This document shows positions 10,944-19,768 of a stretch of DNA of 64,000 nucleotides, piece after piece. The DNA is taken from positions 3,840,001 through 3,904,000 of the forward strand of contig OZ251539.1 in assembly GCA_965243135.1 (NCBI GenBank), written 5' to 3'. Source of the stretch: Alphaproteobacteria bacterium. Its GTDB lineage: Bacteria > Pseudomonadota > Alphaproteobacteria > MPNO01 > UBA830. The translations under genes were made by a program, and so were the position numbers. Each line of letters opens with the position of its first letter. Positions within the stretch are counted from its first letter, which is position 1. The notes under the pieces were generated by a model. The model was not told where the DNA came from. It searched no databases and worked only from the letters and a program-made list of their open reading frames with translations.

Positions 10944-11384
10944 ATGACGATACAATCGATGCGGCTGGCGTATCCTGTCAGACTGAAGGCGGAGGAAGGG
11001 GGAACGGTGCTGGCGTCGTTTCCCGACATCCCGGAGGCCTTGACGGAAGGCGCTACGGAGCGGGAGGCGCTAGCGGAAGCTGAGGATTGCCTTGTCGCCG
11101 CTCTCAGCGGATACGTTGAGTGCCGCCGCGACATTCCACGGCCGTCGCCGGAGAGAGGGCGCCCACTCGTTTCGTTGCCCGCGCTAGTCGCCGCCAAGGT
11201 CGCTCTCTACCGCGCGATGCGCGATTGCGGGATCGGCAATGCTGCGCTGGCCAAGGAATTGGGAACCGTGGAGGGGACGGTCCGGCGCTTGCTCGACCTC
11301 GACCACCGGTCGCACATCGGGCAAGTCGAGGCGGCGCTTCATGTCTTGGGACAGCGCTTGGTGGTGGCGACACGGGCTGCATAG
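10944..11384 (+). CDS. hicB: Type II antitoxin, HicB family with C-terminal HTH
   Basis: YPVRL..VLASFPDIPEALTEG..EALAEAEDCL..IPRPS; directly after hicA. Confidence 0.88.
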   Translation: MTIQSMRLAYPVRLKAEEGGTVLASFPDIPEALTEGATEREALAEAEDCLVAALSGYVECRRDIPRPSPERGRPLVSLPALVAAKVALYRAMRDCGIGNAALAKELGTVEGTVRRLLDLDHRSHIGQVEAALHVLGQRLVVATRAA

Positions 11385-11436
11385 TGATCCCGAAGCGTGC
11401 GCTTGCCCCGCTTCGGTCATGATCTTTATTAGCAGA

Positions 11437-12230
11437 GTAGAGTCGAGGACTGGCGCGTTAGCGTTAGGGTCCGGTGGATGTTTCGTCGCTTTCGCTCCGG
11501 GCCTCAGTCCGGCTTCCGTGGCCACGTGTCCCCGCTCTCCGAACCAGACGTGCGGATCTCCCGCGCCTCCAGCCATGCGTCTCGCCCACGGATGATTTGG
11601 CAGCGTTCCCGGAACGGCCGGTCTTCCGGACCCGGGAGTTGCACCGTCTCCCATTTCCGCCTGTTCCCGCTTTCCGTCGCCGAGCCTGTTTACGCCTCGA
11701 CGGTCCCGGCCTCTCGACCGGGTTCCTTCGCTTCTGCATGCGGCGCTTCCGGGATCTCCGACATGTGGCCGGTTGTTAGGCATAGCCCCTTCTCCCTTGC
11801 GGCACCCTTCCTCGCGCCCCTTTCCTCCGCCGACGTTACCCGGCTTCTCCGGTACTACGGGCCTCTCCGCCACCCGCCGGCCTGCCCCTCGCGGGGTTCC
11901 GGTTGACTCGTGCGCGTCACCGACAGGGTTTCCCGTGTTGCTGCTTCCTTCATCTTCCATGCGTGCCGACACCCCGGCGGAAACGGTCGGTGCTTTTGTC
12001 GTTCTCTTCCCGACCGTCGGCCGCTTTCCCCTGGTTTCCAGAGAGTCAGCTTCCTCATGGCATGTTTCGAGGCCTGGTTTACTCGCGTTTCGGCCCGCAT
12101 GTTCGCTGAGCGGCCTTCGCCGCCCTTTTTCCAGAGTGCTTCAGCCTACGCTCCGTAAGCCGCCCCGGCTGACCGGAACGACAGTTGTTGAGTCGCACCC
12201 ACCAGAAGAAAGCGCCTTTCCACGGCGCAC
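11437..12230 (-). mobile_element. Group II intron with internally deleted RT ORF (about 794 nt)
   Basis: 5' end GTGCGCCGTGGAAAGGCGC at 12230. Domain V-like GCGGGAGATCCGCACGTCTGGTTCGGAGAGCGGGG and 3' end ..CCTCGACTCTAC at 11437. Only vestiges of the RT start (..HAEAKEP) and end (..LPNHPWA) remain. Confidence 0.8.
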
Positions 12231-12258
12231 GGAAACAATCAAGCAATGAAGCAGAAAC

Positions 12259-12471
12259 TTACCCCAACATGTATCGATCTTCGTACTCGGCGTGAACGGT
12301 CATCGCGAACTTCTCAAGCTGCTTGAAGGTAAGCTAGAAATCGCCGCTCTCCCATTCACGGTATTTTGGGAACTTGCGAACCAGCGAAGCGACAACCGCG
12401 CCGACGCGCTCGCATTCCCGACGCAGCAGTTCCTGCTTGACGTCGACGCGAAAAGTTATCGCCGCTCCCAT
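12259..12471 (-). pseudogene. N-terminal HTH remnant of an ImmA/IrrE-family Zn-peptidase protein
   Basis: FRVDVKQELLRRECER..RKFPKYREWESGDF*LTFKQLEKFA with in-frame TAG at 12334-12336; peptidase domain absent. Confidence 0.65.
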
Positions 12472-12729
12472 GCCTAGAAATGCTGCAACCTGTCGTGCGG
12501 TTGCTCGTCATAGTGCCACCCTTCGTGAAAAGTCTCGAAGAAATGGATGCGCTACCATTCGTCGAGACCGTAGATGCCGGCGACACGGCATCAAGTTCAT
12601 GGATCATATCTTGCCAACCTATGCCGCCGACGGGTCCATTGGAGAGGTCCATGGATCTAGCCAAAATGGCGGCGCGTTCATCCGGAAAGGTGAAGCGTCC
12701 GGCAAGCTCAACGACTCGCCATTCTCCAA

Positions 12730-14592
12730 CTAACCGCAGCGACGACCGTGGCACTCCTTGATGGGACCGTGATTATCTATCTGATACTGCGTACGACCAC
12801 AGTACACACAGGTTTCGTAGTACATTTGTTCCTCACGCTGTATATTGGTAGATTCCCTTGATCTTTTTTCGAGGAAATTTGGTCTCCAAATACTCACCAA
12901 GTCGCCCGGTATCAATCGCCAATCTTCGTCCATCGAGATATTGGACCGTAACGTAACCTTGAACTTGAACGAATCAGTCATTGTATGTTGAGTTTCACTT
13001 TTGGAATTCTTTTTTTTTGAGCCCGATTGGACGAATTTATTGTCGTATCTCGCTTCAGAATCCCTACCATTCACATTTGACAAATTCAGACAGAAATCAA
13101 GATTGTGTATCTCGGTTTCAACCATTTCTCGCCGACCTTTAGAGATCAACCTTATATGTGCCACATAGTCATGGTCAATTTGGATTTCACATTCTAGGCG
13201 TTCCAGAAAAGGACGTGCCTTCGGGTCGACAGGTAAATTAAGAGAGGCAAGCTTTACCCTCTCATCATTTTCCTGTAAAAGTCCGACTTTGCGTGGTTTA
13301 GCGAACTCAAACACCGCGGATCCGTCTCGCGGATCAATACAAAAGAAGCGTTTGCTGCAAACAGGAATAATTTCATTCTCCACAGGTAGGATTTGGGTTG
13401 TGTCGACCAAGGGCAAACAACTGCCACGTCCGATTCCGTCAGATACCAATACCTCAAGCGGCTTCGCCAAGGTAAGCCTTAATCCGTCGTGGGCAATCCA
13501 AGCAGCTCCTTCCGCGATTATCCTGTCACGATTGGAAAGGTCAGGTACGCGAGTACCAAATCGTTCGACCAATCCATTCCAAATTGCCGGCATGTTCACC
13601 ATCCCACCGGTTGCTATGCAGAGCTCAATATCGCTACGATCAAGAAGCGCTTCCTCAAGAAGCTGATCAATTTTGGAAAGACCTCGTTGGACCAAGTCCT
13701 CGGAAAGAAGTTCAAGTTCATTTCTTGTTATGTCCACGGAAAGATTTCGTTCAGGACCACTACTACGGAGATAGTCTTTAGCGATTACCGTAAAGAGGTC
13801 TTCGCTCGAAAGAGCTATCTTCGCTTGCTCGCATTGTGTTAACAGTTTGGCCGACGAACCTGGCTGCTCAAGAGCGTTAACGTCCTTAATACCATACGGC
13901 TCTGTGTGTTTGTTCCTAATTTGATTACGAAGCCGCTCGTCAAATCGATCCCCGCCTATTTCATTATTCCCTAGATTAGCAATTTGCATAATGGTTCCTC
14001 CCAATACCCGGCAAACGGTCAGGTCAAGGGTGCCGCCGCCCCAATCAAAGACAAGAACGACCTTGTTCTCCAGTCTAGAAAGTTCTTGACTGAAGTTTGG
14101 TTTCGAACGCACGTAAGCGTACAGTGCTGCCGCGGGTTCTTGGACGAACTGAAGCACACCAATTCCTGCTTTTCTAGCGGCAGCACGCAAGGCGCGACGT
14201 TGAGGTCCGGCGAAATCTACCGGGATAGTCATTACGGCACGCGAAATTTCGTATCCATCCGTATCTCGATCAGCCGCATTTCTCCGAATATATGAAAGAA
14301 CTTCCGCAACAATATCAATCGGGTCAACAGCTTTGCCGAGAATATGTACCGCCCCTTCCCTTCGCAAACTCATTTTTGGGGAGCGGACGAAGCCATGCGC
14401 GGCGTCGGTTTCCAACGATTGAAGATGCCCTTTCGCCTCCCGCCCAACAATTATCTCGGCACCCCGGTACCAAACGACTGAAGGATGTGGTTTGTCGTCT
14501 TCATCGGTCAGAGTCTGAACCTCATCTCCGATAACGAACGCCGCAAGACTGTTGGTCGTGCCGAAATCCACCCCAAAGGTCAAGTCACTCAT
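12730..14592 (-). CDS. Atypical Hsp70/DnaK-family protein, 620 aa
   Basis: GVDFGTTNS (phosphate 1), VFDWGGGTLD (phosphate 2), TGGMVNMP, AEGAA; divergent C-terminal half with a Cys-rich tail. Confidence 0.88.
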   Translation of the reverse strand: MSDLTFGVDFGTTNSLAAFVIGDEVQTLTDEDDKPHPSVVWYRGAEIIVGREAKGHLQSLETDAAHGFVRSPKMSLRREGAVHILGKAVDPIDIVAEVLSYIRRNAADRDTDGYEISRAVMTIPVDFAGPQRRALRAAARKAGIGVLQFVQEPAAALYAYVRSKPNFSQELSRLENKVVLVFDWGGGTLDLTVCRVLGGTIMQIANLGNNEIGGDRFDERLRNQIRNKHTEPYGIKDVNALEQPGSSAKLLTQCEQAKIALSSEDLFTVIAKDYLRSSGPERNLSVDITRNELELLSEDLVQRGLSKIDQLLEEALLDRSDIELCIATGGMVNMPAIWNGLVERFGTRVPDLSNRDRIIAEGAAWIAHDGLRLTLAKPLEVLVSDGIGRGSCLPLVDTTQILPVENEIIPVCSKRFFCIDPRDGSAVFEFAKPRKVGLLQENDERVKLASLNLPVDPKARPFLERLECEIQIDHDYVAHIRLISKGRREMVETEIHNLDFCLNLSNVNGRDSEARYDNKFVQSGSKKKNSKSETQHTMTDSFKFKVTLRSNISMDEDWRLIPGDLVSIWRPNFLEKRSRESTNIQREEQMYYETCVYCGRTQYQIDNHGPIKECHGRRCG

Positions 14593-15631
14593 TCGGTTTC
14601 TCCAATCGAGACCGTACCGCCTTCATGGCCATATTAATACGTTGAACAGCTGCCGTTGCATTGGGCGGTATAAACTCCAGTGCATCTAACGCATCGGAAA
14701 GCGGCGGCTTTAATCGATCTTCCAAGAAGCCTCGAAATTGCCCGTTTCGTGTTCTTTCATCGAGCTCCCGCAATTTTTTTTGTTCATCCAATTGTTTTTC
14801 AACCTTGCAGAGTTGATCGGAGAGACGGATTCGTTCTCTTTTCGCAATTTCCAAATCGCTAGTGGTCGCGTTCAGTTTCATCTCCATAAGATTCATATCT
14901 TCTCCGAGCTTCGATAACTGGGCGAAAGTTTGCCGCGCATCCTTTGTTTTCTCCTCGACAATAGCCTCAAAATAATTGGCAATCAACGCCAGATCATGGA
15001 GGTGATTTAATTTAGCAATTTTGACTAGCCGAACTGTGGCAGCATGGACGCCAGTATTCGTTACTGGCGCTTTTTTAGATTTAATTTTTCTCACAGATAA
15101 AAGTGCATCATCAGGTTTCAAATTACGCTCATCCACCAGCCAATTCAGAGCGAGACGCAAGAAGTTTTGCGCTTTTGTTCGACGGGCTTTATCTTTATCA
15201 GAAAGGTGTTCAGAAAGCGTCTGTACGATCCGGCCGAATAACTCATTAGGAGACATATCCTCGTTCGATGACGCGCCCGGCATATAGTGATCTAGCGAAA
15301 TCTTTGTTGCTCTCGCAATCCATTTGTTGATTGGATCCGGTCCCTTTCCCACAAGCGACACAGTTCGAACTAATGTTGGATCAGCGACTTCAAGTTCTTG
15401 GATAGCTTTCGACATGTCATCCGCATCGAAGATCTTGATCTTCGCTTTCCGCACGCATTTACAGAAGGCCAACGGCTTAATCCGAGGATCGGAGTAGTAT
15501 AGAGAAATCTGAGGTTCTATGGGGATCTCCCTCTGTTCATCTCCGTTGACGTTTGGTTTCATGGCGTTCATACTCTTTCGACTAAGATCATTCTGCAGCT
15601 GGACGTCAGGTTCAGTCTCTTCGGTTGGCAT
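14585..15631 (-). CDS. Hypothetical protein with long C-terminal coiled coil
   Basis: Open frame of about 348 aa; GAGGAG RBS 8 nt before ATG at 15631; heptad-rich C-terminal third; overlaps the Hsp70 start. Confidence 0.78.
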   Translation of the reverse strand: MPTEETEPDVQLQNDLSRKSMNAMKPNVNGDEQREIPIEPQISLYYSDPRIKPLAFCKCVRKAKIKIFDADDMSKAIQELEVADPTLVRTVSLVGKGPDPINKWIARATKISLDHYMPGASSNEDMSPNELFGRIVQTLSEHLSDKDKARRTKAQNFLRLALNWLVDERNLKPDDALLSVRKIKSKKAPVTNTGVHAATVRLVKIAKLNHLHDLALIANYFEAIVEEKTKDARQTFAQLSKLGEDMNLMEMKLNATTSDLEIAKRERIRLSDQLCKVEKQLDEQKKLRELDERTRNGQFRGFLEDRLKPPLSDALDALEFIPPNATAAVQRINMAMKAVRSRLEKPNE

Positions 15632-15633
15632 CG

Positions 15634-16818
15634 TCAAAGCTCCTCTATATCCTCAAGGCAACTGGTTGCCCATTCCCCGAACGGATATGTCGAACTCAAT
15701 AGCCTTAACGGATCGATAGCATCCGCAGCAACATCCAATCGCAGACTCGTCGACGCCCAAAGTGCATATATTTTCAAGCGATCGCTCATCGTCAGTGTCG
15801 TTTCATTGGCGTATTTATTGCACTTTTCCCGTAATGCCGTTTCCCATCTCGTCGAGGAACCGAGTTGCACGAAAAAATCAAGAATATGATCTGTTGCTTC
15901 ATCAATCGGGCAGATTGGGATTACCCCCTCAACTCCGAAGTGCAACGCAGGCGGGCGGATCAAAATTTTTGATGACTTATCGGGATCTACTTTCGAGGCT
16001 TCAGCCTCGTTTCTAAGCAGTGCAGCGAGCATTGAATTACACCAATCAAGCCTCCTAAAACCCGAGCGCGATTCGACAGCGCTAAAATCATTGAAGGTAA
16101 ACCGCACAACTGCGCTGATCACCATGGCTAACGGCCGCGTAAAATCCTTCAATCCGTCAAGCGCTTTACCATAAAGGCTGTCAGCCTCGGAAGGCGGCAA
16201 GGTGACGCCAGTCACCTGATCCTTCACGAGCACAGCTCGGACATACGATCCTAATGCGTCGGCGTAATCTCGAACGACGCCGTGGCAACGGCTATCCTTT
16301 AAAAATGCAGCGACCTGTTGCATGCTGGGTTCGTCGTGCGTCAAGTGTTCCTTGAACGCTAGGTCGACTTCGTCCAAAGACGTTTTGTCGGGTATCCGAA
16401 GCTCAAAATAATATTGTTGATAAACTGGGCTTGCCACATTATCGAAACGATTGGCAAGTTGAATTTTGATATTTGCATCTGTCTTTTGGGACAGTAGTTT
16501 CGGAACATCGTGCGGAGACACTTCTTTCTTCGCCAACCCATTAACTTCGATATACGCTGTTGAACTGTTCTTTATGCCAATCTGCGCAGCTGCCAACGGC
16601 TGGGTAAACCTCGAAGATTGATCCGGTTCCCGTCCGCTAACCATTAATATTGGTCGTTCACCCACATGTTTCAAAGATAAATGGTCATTCAGAGAACGCT
16701 GGTCATCAAAGCGTTCACCGCAAAACGGACACGGTAGAAGCTGTTTCCCCGGTGTCAAAGGTAACGGTAGCGGCGAAGAACGAAGCATGTCGTCTTCATA
16801 GTATGAAGCGAATCCCAA
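15634..16818 (-). CDS. Hypothetical protein with N-terminal C2H2 zinc finger, 394 aa
   Basis: TTG start after GGAG; CPFCGERFDDQRSLNDHLSLKH; first gene of a tightly packed 3-gene operon. Confidence 0.78.
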   Translation of the reverse strand: MGFASYYEDDMLRSSPLPLPLTPGKQLLPCPFCGERFDDQRSLNDHLSLKHVGERPILMVSGREPDQSSRFTQPLAAAQIGIKNSSTAYIEVNGLAKKEVSPHDVPKLLSQKTDANIKIQLANRFDNVASPVYQQYYFELRIPDKTSLDEVDLAFKEHLTHDEPSMQQVAAFLKDSRCHGVVRDYADALGSYVRAVLVKDQVTGVTLPPSEADSLYGKALDGLKDFTRPLAMVISAVVRFTFNDFSAVESRSGFRRLDWCNSMLAALLRNEAEASKVDPDKSSKILIRPPALHFGVEGVIPICPIDEATDHILDFFVQLGSSTRWETALREKCNKYANETTLTMSDRLKIYALWASTSLRLDVAADAIDPLRLLSSTYPFGEWATSCLEDIEEL

Positions 16819-17407
16819 GTGCTTATCACTCCAATCAATCTACGGAATTGGCTAGCTACACAGAGCTTCAGAACAGCGCGGCATGACCAAATCAATAGTT
16901 CGTTTTGAATGGCTCAGAAAGTTGCGGTTCACTGAGAGCCCTTGACCGCTCGGAAAGCCGCAACAAGCGGACTGAAGCCCGCTCAGCCGAAGTATATGCA
17001 CAAAACTTCGCTCGGCGCAAGTCATCAAAGGTGATGGCGAGGTCCTTTGACCGGATTTCTCAGACGCGGTCGTTTGCGGCAGGGGCGGAGTCTGGGCGGA
17101 TGGACATCGTAACGGCCCTTCCGCGATACGCCGAACTAAATGACTTCAGGTGCGGATTTATCGATAACGTTGCCTCTGTCAGCGGCTCAGACCGCAGTAT
17201 TGCCGGCCGTCAAGAGAAGTCGTCGGAAAGAAGATAGCCGGCGTCGGCGATGGTCGGGCCTTGCTGGTTTTCGGTTCCGGGGCGTCTGGCACCGGGACGG
17301 AGCGCCTGCGGGACCCCTGCCCGACGAGAGGTTTACAGGAAGGCGCACAGCCGAAAAAGAAAAACGCACGGCTTGACGCCAAGCAATACGTGTACTATAT
17401 ACGACAC

Positions 17408-17761
17408 ATGACGCACTTCGGCGATACGGCCCGCGAAATCCGCGAACGCCTTCGCGGCGACGATCGGCGCTATTCGCTCCGCCAGGTCGCGGGACGGGTC
17501 GGAATCGAACCGGCCTATCTGAGCAAGATCGAGCGCGGCGACGTGGCGCCTCCGTCGGAAGCCACGACAAGGCGACTGGCGGAGGAACTCGATCAGGACC
17601 CGGATGTGTTCCTGGCGCTGGCGGGAAAGGTGTCCCGCGATCTGCAGGACATCATTCGCAAGCGGCCGGAACTTTTCGCGGAGCTGATCCGGCAGCTGAA
17701 GGACGCGCCGGACAGCGCAATCCTCCGCGTGGTGCGCGAGGTGCGGGACGGCGAATGGTGA
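17408..17761 (+). CDS. XRE-family HTH transcriptional regulator
   Basis: SLRQVAGRVGIEPAYLSKIERG; TTGACG-17-TATATA just upstream, possibly leaderless. Confidence 0.88.
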   Translation: MTHFGDTAREIRERLRGDDRRYSLRQVAGRVGIEPAYLSKIERGDVAPPSEATTRRLAEELDQDPDVFLALAGKVSRDLQDIIRKRPELFAELIRQLKDAPDSAILRVVREVRDGEW

Positions 17762-17776
17762 AAGGGAGAAATTGCC

Positions 17777-18772
17777 ATGATCACGCTCGAAGCCGACAGG
17801 CTGGAATTCCGTTTTCCGGAGGTTCACGAGGACGCGCGTTGCGTCATCGAATTTCAGCGCACGCTGCGCATTCCCGACGACGGCGGAACTTATCCGTTGC
17901 CGCCGGGCCTGGGGAGGTTCCCGTTGCGGCATCTGGACGACCATGCGGAGAGGCTGCCGGAGGACTGGCTGCGCCGCGGCGGAGTGATCGCTCCCATGCA
18001 CCAGGCGGAGGCGCTTTGGATCAACTTCAGCTCTTACGATTACCCGTGCGCGGTGAAGATCGCGACCGGCAAGATATGCGCGGTGACGGGCGACAACTGG
18101 ATCGATCACCTGAACGGCGATCCCCAGGACTACGTCGTCGTCCCCGAACAGCCGTGGCTTGACGGTTACTGCGTCGAAAAGGGCGTGATCCGGCAGTTCG
18201 TCGCCATGCCGCTCGGCGAGGGCTACACGGCGGAAGAGCAATTGACGGGCGCTGCGCGGCACGGCGGATTGCAGCTTCTCGTATGTCCCATGAAGAGGGA
18301 ACGATACGAGGCGATAACGGAGGACAATGCGGTTTTTAGCGTCAAAGCGCTCTATTGTGCGTCGCCTGCCATGGGACTGGCGCCGGGCGGGCGCATGAAG
18401 CAGGAAATTTACGATGACCCTCACGGTCTGGACGCTTGGGATCAGCGCCAGGTCCGTCGCTGCTTCGTCACCATCGCCAATTCCGCTCAGTGGACGGATA
18501 TCACCGGCGAACGGCCGCCGACCGAACCGCCGACTGCGAAAAGCTACGCGGAGGCGGGGCTGCCGTGGTTCGACTATTACGGCGGCGACCTGAAAGTTCG
18601 TCCCGGAGCCGAAAAGCTCGCCGGACTCGCAAGCGTCGCGGAAACCGCGTCGAAAAAGGGCGACCCGCCGCCGGCCGGCAACGAATCGCTCGACGTGACC
18701 CTCGACGTGACCAAGGTGCTCCCGATTCGAGCGCCGGGCGCGAACCGCGTGAGGGAACCCGAACCGATCTGA
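17777..18772 (+). CDS. Conserved hypothetical protein (FQRTLRIPDD..PLPPGLG family)
   Basis: Motifs FQRTLRIPDD, LPPGLGRFPL, QDYVVVPEQPWLDG, IRQFVAMPLG, MGLAPGGRMKQEIY; good RBS. Confidence 0.8.
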   Translation: MITLEADRLEFRFPEVHEDARCVIEFQRTLRIPDDGGTYPLPPGLGRFPLRHLDDHAERLPEDWLRRGGVIAPMHQAEALWINFSSYDYPCAVKIATGKICAVTGDNWIDHLNGDPQDYVVVPEQPWLDGYCVEKGVIRQFVAMPLGEGYTAEEQLTGAARHGGLQLLVCPMKRERYEAITEDNAVFSVKALYCASPAMGLAPGGRMKQEIYDDPHGLDAWDQRQVRRCFVTIANSAQWTDITGERPPTEPPTAKSYAEAGLPWFDYYGGDLKVRPGAEKLAGLASVAETASKKGDPPPAGNESLDVTLDVTKVLPIRAPGANRVREPEPI

Positions 18773-18829
18773 GGCTTCAGCCTCGTTGCCGGCCTGAGCC
18801 GGCGCGCGCGGAGAACTGCGCACGCCGGC

Positions 18830-19768
18830 TCAGGCGGCCTCGCGGCCGTAGCGGTGAAGTTGCGTCCCGTGATCCCGCAGCCATTGACGGGAACCCTCGA
18901 ACCCGGGGCAAATTTTCCCGACCAGCGCCCAGAAACGGGGTCCGTGATTGAGTTCCCGGAGATGCGCCATCTCGTGGGCGATCACGTAGTCGAGAACGTG
19001 CTGGGGCCCGAGCACGAGACGCCAGCTGAGGCTGATGTTGCCCTCTCTCGAACAACTCCCCCAGCGCGAGCTCATATCCCGAAGGGTCACTTGCCGCGGC
19101 TTGCGGCCCACCCGGGTCGAGGCGGCGCGGATGCGCGGCTCGATTTCCCGGCACGCCTGATCGACGATCCAGTGGTGAACGCGGTCGGACAGCGTCTCCT
19201 CGCGGCCTCCGACGACAAGGATGTTTCCGTCGAGAACGGGCGGGGCGGATCTTCCTTGGTCGCGCCGGATCGTGACGGTTTCGCCGAGCAAGGGAAAGGT
19301 TGCGCCGTCCCTGAAAGGCGCCGGCCCGCCGACTTCAGCAAGCCGTCGCGAGATCCAGGCCGTCTGTCCGCGCGCGAACTTCATTCCCTCTTCGAGCGTC
19401 ATTCCCGGCGGCAGAACGAGTTCGAGCTCGCCGTCATGCGGACTTATGCGAAGCGCCACGCGGCGCGCGCGAGCGCTGCGGCGAGGCCGCACCGGGACGG
19501 TCCGTCCGTCGCGCAACGTGATCGACACCGCTGCGACGCCGCCGTTGTCGGGCGGCGCGGTTGCCGAATCGATCTGCCGAGCGATCCATTCCGCTTCGCG
19601 CTGCGCGAGGCGCATTCCTTCTTCCAGCGTCGCGCCGGGCGGCAACACGATCACGAGCGCGCCGCTGCGGCGATCCACGCGAAGCGAGATGCGCCGCGCC
19701 CTTCGACTGCGCCGCGCATGCGCGGGGACGGTTCGTCCGTCGGCCAGCGTAACTGTCTTTTCCCTCAA
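18830..19768 (-). CDS. YgjP/DUF45-like (M48/SprT) metallopeptidase with duplicated N-terminal module
   Basis: SRWGSCS, DYVIAHEMAHL (HExxH), NHGPRFW; TTG start overlaps the MFS stop. Confidence 0.82.
   Translation of the reverse strand: MREKTVTLADGRTVPAHARRSRRARRISLRVDRRSGALVIVLPPGATLEEGMRLAQREAEWIARQIDSATAPPDNGGVAAVSITLRDGRTVPVRPRRSARARRVALRISPHDGELELVLPPGMTLEEGMKFARGQTAWISRRLAEVGGPAPFRDGATFPLLGETVTIRRDQGRSAPPVLDGNILVVGGREETLSDRVHHWIVDQACREIEPRIRAASTRVGRKPRQVTLRDMSSRWGSCSREGNISLSWRLVLGPQHVLDYVIAHEMAHLRELNHGPRFWALVGKICPGFEGSRQWLRDHGTQLHRYGREAA

Noticed and set aside
12730-14592. Calling the Hsp70 gene dnaK, hscA or hscC
   Set aside because: Linker, substrate domain, composition and gene context do not fit any of them.
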